Source: a virus. Taken from it: 64,000 bases of DNA. Positions 37,938 to 47,374 of the stretch are shown one piece after another. Positions within the stretch are counted from its first letter, which is position 1, and the number at the start of each line of letters is the position of its first letter. Under the pieces are notes generated by a model, which worked only from the letters and a program-made list of their open reading frames with translations, was not told the origin of the DNA and searched no databases. Made by a program: the position numbers and the translations under genes. The stretch lies in IMG/VR virus record IMGVR_UViG_3300034284_002638, positions 37,674-101,673 of that record. One strand, written 5' to 3'.

Positions 37938-38909
37938 ATGATTTTTGAAGAGCAGATCAGCCGCAAGCCGGACAGATATCCTTGGACTCAGGATTTCATA
38001 GAAGCCATGCACAATGGATTCTGGACAGATAAAGAATTTAGCTTCCAGAGCGACATACAAGATTTCAAGGTTTCTCTCACCGAACAAGAACGAGAGATCA
38101 TAATCAGAGCCCTCGCGACGATAGGCCAACTTGAAATAAGCGTCAAGAAGTTCTGGGCGAAACTGGGCGACAATCTCCCCCATCCGAGCATCAACGATAT
38201 GGGATATGTAATGGCCAATACCGAGGTCATTCATGGCGATGCGTACGAGAGGCTCCTTGAGGTCCTCGGAATAGATGACGCATTTGACAAGATTCTGGAA
38301 CTGGACATCATCAAGGGGCGCGTCAATTATTTGAGGAAGCACCTGCACAAGTTTCATTCAGACAATAAAAAGCAGTTCATATATTCGCTGATACTCTTCA
38401 CACTTTTTGTGGAAAATATCGCATTGTTCTCTCAGTTCTACACCATAAGTTGGTTCGGAAGATACAAGAACCTTCTTAAGGACACGAACAAGCAAGTCGA
38501 ATACACCTCCAGGGAGGAAAACTTGCACGCGATGATCGGTATGAAACTGATCAAGGTCATGCGGAAAGAGCACCCGGAACTGTTTGACGATGAGCTTGAG
38601 GAAAAGATACTCCATGAGGCCGGAGAGGCCGTAAAGCATGAACTTCAAATAGTCGAATGGATAGTCAACGGATACGGCGAGGAAAAATTGAACTCCGAAT
38701 TGTTGAAGGAGTTCATAAAAGATCGCATGAACAATTCCCTTAAGGAAATAGGGTACAAAAAAATATTTGAAGTTGACAAAAACCTCATTGCCAAAACGAC
38801 ATGGTTTGAGGAACAAGTTCTTGGAAATAACCAATCGGATTTCTTCCACTCCAGACCCGTCGAATACAGCAAGAAATCCAAGAGTTTTGCCGCAGAAGAT
38901 TTGTTTTGA
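37938..38909 (+). CDS. nrdB: Ribonucleotide reductase class I beta subunit
   Basis: FWTDKE, EVIHGDAY, VENIALFSQF, REENLH, SDFFH. Confidence 0.93.
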   Translation: MIFEEQISRKPDRYPWTQDFIEAMHNGFWTDKEFSFQSDIQDFKVSLTEQEREIIIRALATIGQLEISVKKFWAKLGDNLPHPSINDMGYVMANTEVIHGDAYERLLEVLGIDDAFDKILELDIIKGRVNYLRKHLHKFHSDNKKQFIYSLILFTLFVENIALFSQFYTISWFGRYKNLLKDTNKQVEYTSREENLHAMIGMKLIKVMRKEHPELFDDELEEKILHEAGEAVKHELQIVEWIVNGYGEEKLNSELLKEFIKDRMNNSLKEIGYKKIFEVDKNLIAKTTWFEEQVLGNNQSDFFHSRPVEYSKKSKSFAAEDLF

Positions 38910-38963
38910 GCTTCCTTCACTCTTTTAGAAAAATCATCTAAAAGAATCATCCCGAGAACAAAA

Positions 38964-41048
38964 ATGACCAACAAAGAGTATTATTGGCTCAATTCACACA
39001 GTAGACTTTTCCTGGAGCGCGGCTACCTTGAGCCAGGAACTACGCCTGAGGAAAGAATAAGACAGATAGCAGAAAATGCCGAAAAAATACTCAAGAAGAA
39101 GGGTTTTGCCGACAAATTTGAAGGCTACATGAAGAGAGGCTTCTACAGCCTTGCGACACCTGTATGGTGTAATTTCGGCAACAAGAGGGGCCTGCCCGTC
39201 AGTTGTTTTGGAAGTTACATTGACGACAAGATGGAGGCGATACTCACCAAGGCTGCTGAAGTCGGTATGATGAGCAAAATGGGCGGAGGAACCTCTGGAT
39301 TCTTTGGATCTTTAAGGCCCCGAGGAACCAAAATAAGTGTCGGAGGAGAAAGCAGCGGGGCCGTGCACTTCATGGAGATTTTTGACAAGGTCAGCGAGGT
39401 CATAAGCCAAGGCAGCGCCCGCAGGGGATCGTTTGCTGCTTATATGCCGATAGAGCACGCGGATATAGAAGAATTTCTCCAGGTTAGAAGCGAAGGCCAC
39501 AGCATTCAAAACATGAGCATCGGCGTGACCGTCACCGACAAGTTCATGAAGGATCTGGTTGATGGGGACAAGGAGAAGAGAAGGATTTGGGCAAAAGTCA
39601 TCCAGAAGCGATTTGAGACCGGATATCCGTACATCATGTTCGTGGACACGGCAAACAAGCAGGCTCCTCAGGCATACAAGGACAAGAAGCTCAAGATTAA
39701 AGCCAGTAACCTCTGCGTCTCGGCCGACACACGGCTTCTTACAAGAAAGGGCGAAATCAGAATAGGCGACCTTGAAAATCAAAATGTTGAAGTTTGGAAC
39801 GGCAACGAATGGTCGGAAACCACCGTTGTGAAGACTGGGTCTGAACAAAAACTTTTGAGAATGAGGATTATCAAAAGAGAGCTTGACGACGAGGATACAG
39901 AAAACCTTTATTGGATAGACCTTGACACGACAGAATACCACAAGTTCTACCTCAAGGATGGATCAGAGGTTCGTGCGTCCGAATTGTCCGAAGGGGACAG
40001 GCTTGTTAATTTCCTAGGCCCCAACGGCAGAACCTATATGTGCGAAGTCATCAAAATAGAAGAGCTTGATGGGCTTCACGACACATACTGCGTCAATGAG
40101 CCCAAGGAGCACAAGGCCGTATTTAACGGAGTTTTAACCGGCAACTGCTCAGAAATACAACTTTATTCGGACGAACAGAACTCTTTCGTGTGTGTGCTTT
40201 CTAGTCTCAATCTGCTTCATTGGGATGAGATCAAGGAAACAGATGCCGTGGAAACGATGGTGTACTTCCTTGATGCCGTCTGCGAGGAATTCATACAAAA
40301 GACAGAGGGCGTGAAGTACCTGGAGGCTGCGAGAAACTTTGCCATAAACCAAAGGGCTCTTGGTCTAGGGGTTCTTGGCTGGCACTCTTGTCTTCAAAGC
40401 AAAAATATCGCCTTTGAAAGCATGCAGGCTAAGATGCTCAATATTGAGATATGGAAGGCGATCAGAAGCAGAGCCGACAAAACCACGGAAGAAATGGCCA
40501 AGGAGTACGGCGAGCCGGAACTTCTAAAGGGATACGGAAGAAGAAATGTGACCACATTGGCTGTCGCCCCGACAACCTCGAGCAGTTTCATACTCGGACA
40601 GGTCAGCCCCAGCATAGAACCCCTCAACAGCAACTATTTCGTCAAAAACCTTGCAAAGGGGAAATTCACCTACAAGAACCCTTATCTCAAGGAAATACTC
40701 AAAAAATACGACAAAAATAATGATGATGTATGGAAGAGCATTCTTGTCAAGGGCGGATCCGTACAGCACTTGGACTTCCTCAGCAAGGAGGAAAAGGATG
40801 TGTTCAAGACATTCGGGGAAATCAGCCAAAAAGAAATAGTCATCCAAGCGGCCCAACGTCAAAAGTACATAGACCAAGCCCAGAGTCTGAATCTCACAAT
40901 CCCCCCCTCAGCTTCCCCAAAGGATGTCAACAGCCTTCTGATAGAAGGCTGGGAGATGGGAATTAAAACCTTCTACTACCAGAGATCTGCAAACCCTGCA
41001 CAGGAGCTTGCAAGGAGCATACTTACTTGTTCCTCGTGCGAAGCATAA
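38964..41048 (+). CDS. nrdA: Ribonucleotide reductase class I alpha subunit containing an intein
   Basis: LPVSCF, GGGTSG, SQGSARRGS, SNL|CSE, APTTSSS, KTFYYQR, C-terminal CSSCEA. Confidence 0.95.
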   Translation: MTNKEYYWLNSHSRLFLERGYLEPGTTPEERIRQIAENAEKILKKKGFADKFEGYMKRGFYSLATPVWCNFGNKRGLPVSCFGSYIDDKMEAILTKAAEVGMMSKMGGGTSGFFGSLRPRGTKISVGGESSGAVHFMEIFDKVSEVISQGSARRGSFAAYMPIEHADIEEFLQVRSEGHSIQNMSIGVTVTDKFMKDLVDGDKEKRRIWAKVIQKRFETGYPYIMFVDTANKQAPQAYKDKKLKIKASNLCVSADTRLLTRKGEIRIGDLENQNVEVWNGNEWSETTVVKTGSEQKLLRMRIIKRELDDEDTENLYWIDLDTTEYHKFYLKDGSEVRASELSEGDRLVNFLGPNGRTYMCEVIKIEELDGLHDTYCVNEPKEHKAVFNGVLTGNCSEIQLYSDEQNSFVCVLSSLNLLHWDEIKETDAVETMVYFLDAVCEEFIQKTEGVKYLEAARNFAINQRALGLGVLGWHSCLQSKNIAFESMQAKMLNIEIWKAIRSRADKTTEEMAKEYGEPELLKGYGRRNVTTLAVAPTTSSSFILGQVSPSIEPLNSNYFVKNLAKGKFTYKNPYLKEILKKYDKNNDDVWKSILVKGGSVQHLDFLSKEEKDVFKTFGEISQKEIVIQAAQRQKYIDQAQSLNLTIPPSASPKDVNSLLIEGWEMGIKTFYYQRSANPAQELARSILTCSSCEA
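39714..40145 (+). mobile_element. 144-aa mini-intein in NrdA (no homing endonuclease)
   Basis: Starts CVSADT, has TEYHKF block B, ends FNGVLTGN before Cys; removal restores SNLCSE. Confidence 0.92.
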
Positions 41049-41420
41049 ATGCAATACGATCAAAGGAAAACTTGGTTTTTAGACTTTGATGGAACTTTGG
41101 TTGCTCAAAAAAGCCACCATGGCGATGTGGATTACATCCTCCCAGGGACAAGGGAATTCTTTGCGAACACAGTCAAAGATGATGACTTCGTAATAGTAAC
41201 GACCGCCCGCGAAGGGGATGTGCACAAGGAAAGAATAGCATTGTTCATGAAAACTCACGGGCTCAAATGCGACATGATCATATGCGACATACCTTCTGGC
41301 CCACGTGTTGTAGTAAATGACAAGAAGCCGGATGGTTCAGAGACTGCTTACTCTTTTAATCTTGAAAGAGATTCTGGAATAGGTTCTAATATATGGAGCA
41401 AAAATGGAAATAAAGTTTAA
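41049..41420 (+). CDS. HAD-superfamily phosphatase
   Basis: DFDGTL, TTAR, VVVND. Confidence 0.8.
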   Translation: MQYDQRKTWFLDFDGTLVAQKSHHGDVDYILPGTREFFANTVKDDDFVIVTTAREGDVHKERIALFMKTHGLKCDMIICDIPSGPRVVVNDKKPDGSETAYSFNLERDSGIGSNIWSKNGNKV

Positions 41421-41826
41421 GAAGACGCATATCCTAGCATTCGCGCCAACAAGGTCTAATTCAAGCGACGCCGGCGCGGATCTGTATTCTGTAGAAGACT
41501 GTGTTATACAACCCCTCGAGCGACTTGTCGTAAACACCGGACTGTGCGTAGAGATACCCGAGGGATATTACGGAAGAATAGCCCCAAGGTCGGGACTTGC
41601 TGCGAAACGAGGCGTTGATGTTTTTGCCGGAGTCGTAGACTCCAGCTACAGAGGCGAATTGCGCGTGGTTCTGTTTAACTCGGACAAAAAGATGCCCTTT
41701 TATATTGAGGCCGGTGATAGAATAGCCCAATTGATAATAGAGGATCACTTTAACTTTGAATTTGTTGAAACGGAACTCTCCGCCTCAGAAAGAGGCAGCC
41801 TGGGCTTTGGGTCTAGCGGACGATGA
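41404..41826 (+). CDS. dut: Trimeric dUTPase
   Basis: AGADL, PRSGLA, GVVDSSYRGE, RIAQL, RGSLGFGSSG. Confidence 0.95.
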   Translation: MEIKFKKTHILAFAPTRSNSSDAGADLYSVEDCVIQPLERLVVNTGLCVEIPEGYYGRIAPRSGLAAKRGVDVFAGVVDSSYRGELRVVLFNSDKKMPFYIEAGDRIAQLIIEDHFNFEFVETELSASERGSLGFGSSGR

Positions 41827-42206
41827 AAGAATACCTTCCGTATATTGACGGGCGCCTTCGCATAGGGTGGATAGAAGGCATAGGACATGGAGTTTTCTCA
41901 ACTGAGGATATAGAGAAAAACACATTCGTAGAAGTTGCTCCCGTCATAATATGCCAGCCGGAAGTCATGAAAGACCCCAATCTTTCTAAATATATGGTTC
42001 TTTGGGGCGACAAAATAGCCATGTGCCTTGGCTGGACAATGATCTACAATCACAGTGACGAAAATTGCTGCGAATTCGCTTGCAATTTCCATGATGGACT
42101 AATGGCCATTTTAACAACAAAAGATATTAGATCCGGAGATCAATTGACTGTTAATTATGGCCCACAATGGTTTGACTCCAGAAACATTGAAAAAATAATG
42201 ATGTGA
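41823..42206 (+). CDS. SET-domain protein-lysine methyltransferase
   Basis: GHGVFS, IYNHS, DIRSGDQLTVNYG. Confidence 0.85.
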   Translation: MKEYLPYIDGRLRIGWIEGIGHGVFSTEDIEKNTFVEVAPVIICQPEVMKDPNLSKYMVLWGDKIAMCLGWTMIYNHSDENCCEFACNFHDGLMAILTTKDIRSGDQLTVNYGPQWFDSRNIEKIMM

Positions 42207-42553
42207 AGCCCATGAAACACTGCCCCTTGTGCGGACAGAAGATGGATGTTTTCACTTCTTCCTACAAAAACTCTCCATTTGTAGACAACAAGACCTATGC
42301 TTCGCTTTGTTTCACTTGTTGTCTTGTTCCCAAGACCCTTGAGCAAACCTATAAGCCCGATGGATCTATCTCCGAGGAGAAGCATCTGGATTTTTCCTGC
42401 GAGAATCTGCACACTGCCAAGGAACTTTACGAACAAGGCTCCGCCGACACTCTAAAATACGCAAAGAGATGCGTAGAGGCAGTAATTAATTCTTGCAAGG
42501 GATCTAAAAAAACAGCCAAATCAAGGATTAAATCATCATGGAATATTTGCTAG
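42203..42553 (+). CDS. Hypothetical zinc-binding protein
   Basis: CPLCG...CFTC; coupled start. Confidence 0.65.
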   Translation: MKPMKHCPLCGQKMDVFTSSYKNSPFVDNKTYASLCFTCCLVPKTLEQTYKPDGSISEEKHLDFSCENLHTAKELYEQGSADTLKYAKRCVEAVINSCKGSKKTAKSRIKSSWNIC

Positions 42554-42594
42554 ATAAACATACATAATGATAATCATCCTTTCCAACAAATAAA

Positions 42595-42948
42595 ATGTCA
42601 AGTTTTAAAGATTTCGTCCTGAATGAGAGCAAGGTATACCTCCCTCAAAGGGTGGCTGACATACTGAGTGCGGTCCAAGATCTCATTGATTCCGACATGG
42701 GAGCAAGACAACTTGTTTCAAATGCTCAAGCCATAGTCAATCGCATAAGGAGAATAATCCATACGCATTGGCCACAAAGCGACGAACCGAGCCTCTTGGT
42801 GCTCCAAAAGTGTGCAGTTGCCATAATGAAGGCAATAGACGAAAAGGGCGATGTGGCCGAGGTTCTGAAATCTTGTGAAAAATATCTTTCAAGAATTTCA
42901 GGAAAAAATGAGTCCCCCATAAACGACCTGGGTGCAGACAAGACCTAG
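42595..42948 (+). CDS. Hypothetical protein with capsid-targeting-like N-terminus (MSSFKDFVLNES)
   Basis: N-terminal motif. Confidence 0.7.
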   Translation: MSSFKDFVLNESKVYLPQRVADILSAVQDLIDSDMGARQLVSNAQAIVNRIRRIIHTHWPQSDEPSLLVLQKCAVAIMKAIDEKGDVAEVLKSCEKYLSRISGKNESPINDLGADKT

Positions 42949-42953
42949 CGGCT

Positions 42954-42982
42954 TTGACAAACCTCTGCGGATCGGCTAGAAT
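42954..42982 (+). promoter_or_regulatory. Sigma70-type promoter TTGACA-17-TAGAAT
   Basis: Upstream of AGGAG and ATG 43010. Confidence 0.7.
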
Positions 42983-43009
42983 CAGCCATACAAACAGGAG
43001 AACATCTAT

Positions 43010-43432
43010 ATGGATTCTTTGAAGGTGCGTTGGATGAAAAGGGACGACTTGAGTTCCGTCATCAAGATGCAGCAGATTAGCGGAGAGTTTTCTGAAAATC
43101 ACACCCAAGAGTTCATCAATAGAACTAACGCCATATGCAATGTAGTAGAAGTAGAAAAGAAGGTTGTTGGATTCATATTCTACGAAATAGACGCCGTAAA
43201 GATAGAGATTGATAGCCTTCTCGTGGATCCGTCTTTTCGTCGGAGAGGCATAGGCACAGAACTCATATCTAAACTCACATCAAAACTCAATAAAAAGAGG
43301 CGAACCATTGAGTTCAAGGTATCAGAATATGACCTCCCTCTTCATCTTTTTTTGAAAAAGGCCGGATTCAAGGCGACTGGAGTGATTAAAAATCACGCAT
43401 CCAGCGACTATCTCTTTTGCTTCCCGGGATGA
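43010..43432 (+). CDS. RimI-like GNAT acetyltransferase
   Basis: VRWM...VVGFIFYE...LLVDPSFRRRGIGTEL...FLKKAGF. Confidence 0.85.
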   Translation: MDSLKVRWMKRDDLSSVIKMQQISGEFSENHTQEFINRTNAICNVVEVEKKVVGFIFYEIDAVKIEIDSLLVDPSFRRRGIGTELISKLTSKLNKKRRTIEFKVSEYDLPLHLFLKKAGFKATGVIKNHASSDYLFCFPG

Positions 43433-43722
43433 GAGCAGAGTTTGCACTCGCGCAGCTTTTCAATCTCCAGGTCTATCGCATGAAGCCTGTAGTTCAATTC
43501 GGCTTCCAGAAGATGCTTGTCATTCTCTGAATAAACGGCCTTGATCTGTTCGTATCTGGCCTTGTAGAATTCCGCCTTCAGTTCCGCCTTGCGGATCATG
43601 AGGCTTTTCAAGGATTCCTTTTTCGTAGTCAAAAAGGGCATTTGAACTCTTGGATCCTTGGTTTTTGACTGCCACGCCAATAAGATCATCATTAAAAGGG
43701 TCAAGATTACGATTTTTTTCAT
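43408..43722 (-). CDS. Hypothetical secreted or membrane-anchored coiled-coil protein
   Basis: MKKIVILTLLMMILLA N-terminus. Confidence 0.6.
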   Translation of the reverse strand: MKKIVILTLLMMILLAWQSKTKDPRVQMPFLTTKKESLKSLMIRKAELKAEFYKARYEQIKAVYSENDKHLLEAELNYRLHAIDLEIEKLRECKLCSHPGKQKR

Positions 43723-43759
43723 GTATTATATAGGTTTTCTCCCTCATATATAATACATG
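43720..43759. promoter_or_regulatory. Divergent TATATA-ATAC-ATG elements forming a 13-bp inverted repeat
   Basis: catgtattatata-N14-tatataatacatg; each arm contains the start codon of one divergent gene. Confidence 0.6.
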
Positions 43760-44305
43760 GAAGAAGACGCAGAAGTAGAAGACATATTCAATAAGAAGCC
43801 AAAAAAAATAAAGTCCGGAAAAAAGGGCAAGCGCGTCGAACTAGAGTTGGTAAAAAACCTCAACCATAGGTTCCAGAAAATCCTCGCCTCCAACCCCGAC
43901 TTAGGTAGCTTCTCGCGCTCAATAGGGTCTGGAAATAGATGGGGCCAACATGTTCATCTTTCTAAGAATGCTAGCAACACCTATTCAGGCGACATCGTCT
44001 GCCCCGACAATTTTAAGTTCGTTCTAGAGTCCAAAGGTGGCTATAATGATATAGACCTTTGCTCGGTCTTTGGTGGCGGGCAGTCGGAACTTGATGGATT
44101 CTTGGATCAAGTCACATCGGATTCGGAGAGGTGCGGAAGGAAGCCGCTCCTCCTATGGAAGAAGGACAGGAAGCCCAGGTTGGCCTTTTTGAAGGCCAAG
44201 GACTTGCCGCCCATGGAGTTGAAATGCTCCATGAAATACAAGGACTGGATTGTCGTTAACTACGACGATCTTATGAGCCTGGACGACGGTTTTTTCTTTT
44301 CATAG
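43757..44305 (+). CDS. PD-(D/E)xK Holliday junction resolvase-like nuclease
   Basis: KKGKRVELEL, SGSG-like SIGSG, GDIVCP, VLESKGG. Confidence 0.75.
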   Translation: MEEDAEVEDIFNKKPKKIKSGKKGKRVELELVKNLNHRFQKILASNPDLGSFSRSIGSGNRWGQHVHLSKNASNTYSGDIVCPDNFKFVLESKGGYNDIDLCSVFGGGQSELDGFLDQVTSDSERCGRKPLLLWKKDRKPRLAFLKAKDLPPMELKCSMKYKDWIVVNYDDLMSLDDGFFFS

Positions 44306-44815
44306 TTATTCAACGCCCCAGTCCTTTGTCCAAGAAAAAATATCCTTGGATCTATCAAGTCTTTTTATCTTTTTGCCCATGCAATATTGCTTGCACGCAT
44401 AAAGAGAAATTTCATATGTGGATATGTCATTCTTCTTTCTCTTCGGACCTTTAAGACCCCTGAGCCACAGATAAAAGTGATAGACGGGATCGTCCTTTCC
44501 TTCAAAAATACCTTCCTTCGCCCTTTTCATGAAGCCTATGGCCCGTTCCGGCCCGTACTTGATAGCACACTTGCCGGCAGCCGCGCCGATGGAGTTCATC
44601 CCCCTCGGCATGTGCTCCATGACCGAATCTATGATGTCCTTGTATTTTTCAATGAACGCCTCCACCTCGGCGTCGTCCAGCTTTGCCCCTTTGTTAGACA
44701 CAAGCATCATGTTTTTGGCGACCCAATATTCCTTCTTTTCTTGGGGCGTGATCATACTCTTGCCTCTTTCTTTTTGGGCGATCCTTCGCCTTTGCGAATT
44801 GCCCGAATCGCTCAT
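44306..44815 (-). CDS. Hypothetical protein, paralog of the C-terminal domain of the ParB-like protein
   Basis: YG...FMKR...FEGKDDP...GKKIKRL...DIFSW..DW aligns with YG...FLKR...FESKEDP...GRKVSKL...DIFEW..GW. Confidence 0.7.
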   Translation of the reverse strand: MSDSGNSQRRRIAQKERGKSMITPQEKKEYWVAKNMMLVSNKGAKLDDAEVEAFIEKYKDIIDSVMEHMPRGMNSIGAAAGKCAIKYGPERAIGFMKRAKEGIFEGKDDPVYHFYLWLRGLKGPKRKKNDISTYEISLYACKQYCMGKKIKRLDRSKDIFSWTKDWGVE

Positions 44816-46266
44816 CTTTTCTTCCCCGTAAGTTCTCCGATGACAGACTCCAGACGCTCCTTTTCCAAAAGGTAGGGAGCCCGGAACCTACGCCAGTCCT
44901 CTATTTCCTTGTCTTTCTTTGCCATCTCCTTCTTCACCTCTTGCTCCTTGTCGTCCAGCTTGGAGATGGCCTTGTCAAGTTCCTCCCTCAGCCTCAGTTT
45001 TTCCTCTCTCGTGGATGATACGCCCGCCAGCGTCAACATCAAATCTGATTTTTCGGAGTTGAGGTTGGCAATGATGGTCTCAGTCTCGGATATGTGCTCC
45101 GTAGCCTCCTCCAGCGAGGCGATCCAAGCCTTTATTTTTGAGAGATCATCGGAAGTCAGCCCGGAAATTTTCTCAGGGATGTTCTCTTCCTTCTCTTCCT
45201 GGAGCTCCGGTTCGTCGTCTTCTTGAGGGTGGCTTGCTGGAATCTGGACACAAGCCTCAGCCCTGCACCAACCGGGATTCATTTTCGCTATGACCGAATC
45301 GTGCAAGAATGCCTTGAGCGAATTGATTCTTTTTTCGCCCCTGTGGGTGATCTTGTAACCCCGCACGCCTTCGCCCACCCGACCATCCGAAGAGGTGCAG
45401 TATATCCGCTCCAAGTAGCCGTCCCTGCAAAGGGCCATCGTCAGCGCCCTCATCGCCCCTTGGTGGGTTTCGTATTCCCACTTCCCGATTCCCGAAACAA
45501 ACTTCTTCACGCCCAAGTTGTCAATTATTGAGTCGGACGCAGCCTTCTTCTTCGCGAATCCATCCTCGGCAACGAAACTTATGGCTATTAAGGCTTTGTC
45601 CATGACATCTTGGTCAGACATGGAGACCCGCTCGTCTATTTCAAGCGAAGAGGTTTTTGATACTTGGGGGGTTCCGACCTCGGATGCTATGTCTGAGGAG
45701 TTTAGGCAAACATCCGGTATCGTAGCAACATCCACATCTTGTTTGCCACTGATTCCTTCCTCAATTATCTGCCGCGTCATATCTTCATCAGCCAGGGAAT
45801 TTGTCGGCTTGATGGAATTTTCGTTGCGGATCTTTTGAGCCTCGCGAGGCAAGACTCTGACCACAGGAGGAGGAGGCATATCTCTGAGTTCTGGGTACAT
45901 GATTGCAGCCTTGAGAGCAATTGTTTCGTGTATTTTGAGTGTTTGCGGGTGTACTCTTTCCATGAGGTGAAAAAGAACTCCTATTTCCACATCGTTCGGC
46001 GGCACCAGCGTGTACTCAAAACTCGTGTCGTTGCCACCGGGCTTGCATCGTATGCGAATTCCCTTAACACCGCCGGAGTAGTCCAGCCTAATTGCCTTGA
46101 ACCTCTCGCACCCCTTCTTCCTGACCCTGTGGGGCATTCGCAAACCCCATTCGCCCTCATCCAAGCCGGCGTTTTCAAGAACGCGTCTTAGCATGGCTAT
46201 GGTCGGATTCACTACTTTCTTGTCGGAAACTTTGAGCGAAGCCCGCTCCAGACCGATGAAGAACAT
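44812..46266 (-). CDS. Hypothetical multidomain protein with winged-helix-like segment and C-terminal coiled coil
   Basis: LCRDGYLER...GYKITHRG wing pattern; about 110 aa of heptad-rich C-terminus. Confidence 0.65.
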   Translation of the reverse strand: MFFIGLERASLKVSDKKVVNPTIAMLRRVLENAGLDEGEWGLRMPHRVRKKGCERFKAIRLDYSGGVKGIRIRCKPGGNDTSFEYTLVPPNDVEIGVLFHLMERVHPQTLKIHETIALKAAIMYPELRDMPPPPVVRVLPREAQKIRNENSIKPTNSLADEDMTRQIIEEGISGKQDVDVATIPDVCLNSSDIASEVGTPQVSKTSSLEIDERVSMSDQDVMDKALIAISFVAEDGFAKKKAASDSIIDNLGVKKFVSGIGKWEYETHQGAMRALTMALCRDGYLERIYCTSSDGRVGEGVRGYKITHRGEKRINSLKAFLHDSVIAKMNPGWCRAEACVQIPASHPQEDDEPELQEEKEENIPEKISGLTSDDLSKIKAWIASLEEATEHISETETIIANLNSEKSDLMLTLAGVSSTREEKLRLREELDKAISKLDDKEQEVKKEMAKKDKEIEDWRRFRAPYLLEKERLESVIGELTGKKR

Positions 46267-46290
46267 GATTTTCCTTTCCTTAGGAGGACA

Positions 46291-47301
46291 TTATCGCTTA
46301 GGAACCCGCCAGCCATCTTCCCACTCAAAAATGTCAGTATCGCGTTCTACAAGTTTGGAAACCTTGCGGCCGCTCACATGATGATGAACCGCAGCAAGAG
46401 CCTTCTTGTACAAACTGAGTCGGGTTCTGGATCCTCCCGTGACTTTCACCGCCGCATGAAGGAGCCTTGCGGGATCCTCCTTGCTCTCAAAGAGGACATC
46501 TCCGAACCTTTTGAGAAAAGGCTCCATCAGATCTGTACCGTACCACAGAACAGCCTTCAAGAAGGCTGCGAGAACATCGCTTCTGTAGGTAGGACAAACC
46601 CGCTCCAACCATTCAATTTGAGCCCCGTACATTTCAGCAAACTCGGCAAGTTGCCCTTGCGAAATTCGCTTAGTGGCTCCATTAACGCCTCTCATCGCCG
46701 CTCGACAGATGGCGGGAAGCTTATTCCCAATCCTGTTGTGCAGTTTCAGTTCAATCTGAACCGCCGGCTTCCTCGGAGCACCAACGTCTTCGTCTTCTCT
46801 CGCGGAAACGAGCGTGTTGAATGTGAAGTATAGCCTCTGTGGCCGATCCAACTGCACTATTGCCGTAAGCCTGTGCTGACCGTTATGCAGATACCCCTTG
46901 TAGTCAATCGCGATGGACTGGCTGTTGTCGTTCCACTCGCCCGACTTCATGTCAGAACGATACCGGTCAACCACAGTCTGCATGATCCTTTTTCGAGGGT
47001 TGTTGTTCCACTCCAGAAGTTTTTTGGCCATGTCTGGAGTTACTAGCACGAATTCACTATACTGCTTGGGAAACTTGGTGTTGTGGAACCAAGGCTTGCC
47101 CGTACGCCCCGCGAGCGACAAGTAGTGGCTCTGATTGTCCTCCGCCTCAGCCTCTATTCCGGCAATGGCTCGCTTCTCCGAATTGACCTCGGCAGGCTTC
47201 GGAATGTAGTGCCTCTTTCCCGTGACATCACTCGAGGAAAAGCCCATCTTTTCAAGTTTCGCAAGAATAGCGATCCGCTCTGCATCCAAGTCAACAGACA
47301 T
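46291..47301 (-). CDS. ParB/Srx-superfamily protein (NGQHR variant of DGQHR)
   Basis: VTPDMAKKLL...NPR...VDRYRSDMKSGEW...IAID..G.LHNGQHRLTAI; AGAGGTG Shine-Dalgarno before 47301. Confidence 0.8.
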   Translation of the reverse strand: MSVDLDAERIAILAKLEKMGFSSSDVTGKRHYIPKPAEVNSEKRAIAGIEAEAEDNQSHYLSLAGRTGKPWFHNTKFPKQYSEFVLVTPDMAKKLLEWNNNPRKRIMQTVVDRYRSDMKSGEWNDNSQSIAIDYKGYLHNGQHRLTAIVQLDRPQRLYFTFNTLVSAREDEDVGAPRKPAVQIELKLHNRIGNKLPAICRAAMRGVNGATKRISQGQLAEFAEMYGAQIEWLERVCPTYRSDVLAAFLKAVLWYGTDLMEPFLKRFGDVLFESKEDPARLLHAAVKVTGGSRTRLSLYKKALAAVHHHVSGRKVSKLVERDTDIFEWEDGWRVPKR

Positions 47302-47346
47302 CGCGTCACCTCTGGACATTTGGCAAATGGAAATCACTGTCCTATG

Positions 47347-47374
47347 ACTATACGCCGCCACCCCAAGATGTCAA
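47347..47374 (-). promoter_or_regulatory. Sigma70-type promoter TTGACA-16-TATAGT for the three-gene ParB-like operon
   Basis: Near-consensus hexamers just upstream of the ORF. Confidence 0.65.

Noticed and set aside
46291-47301. NGQHR protein as part of a Dnd phosphorothioation system
   Set aside because: No DndA/C/D/E homologs are visible, and the N-terminal pattern fits phage ParB-like proteins
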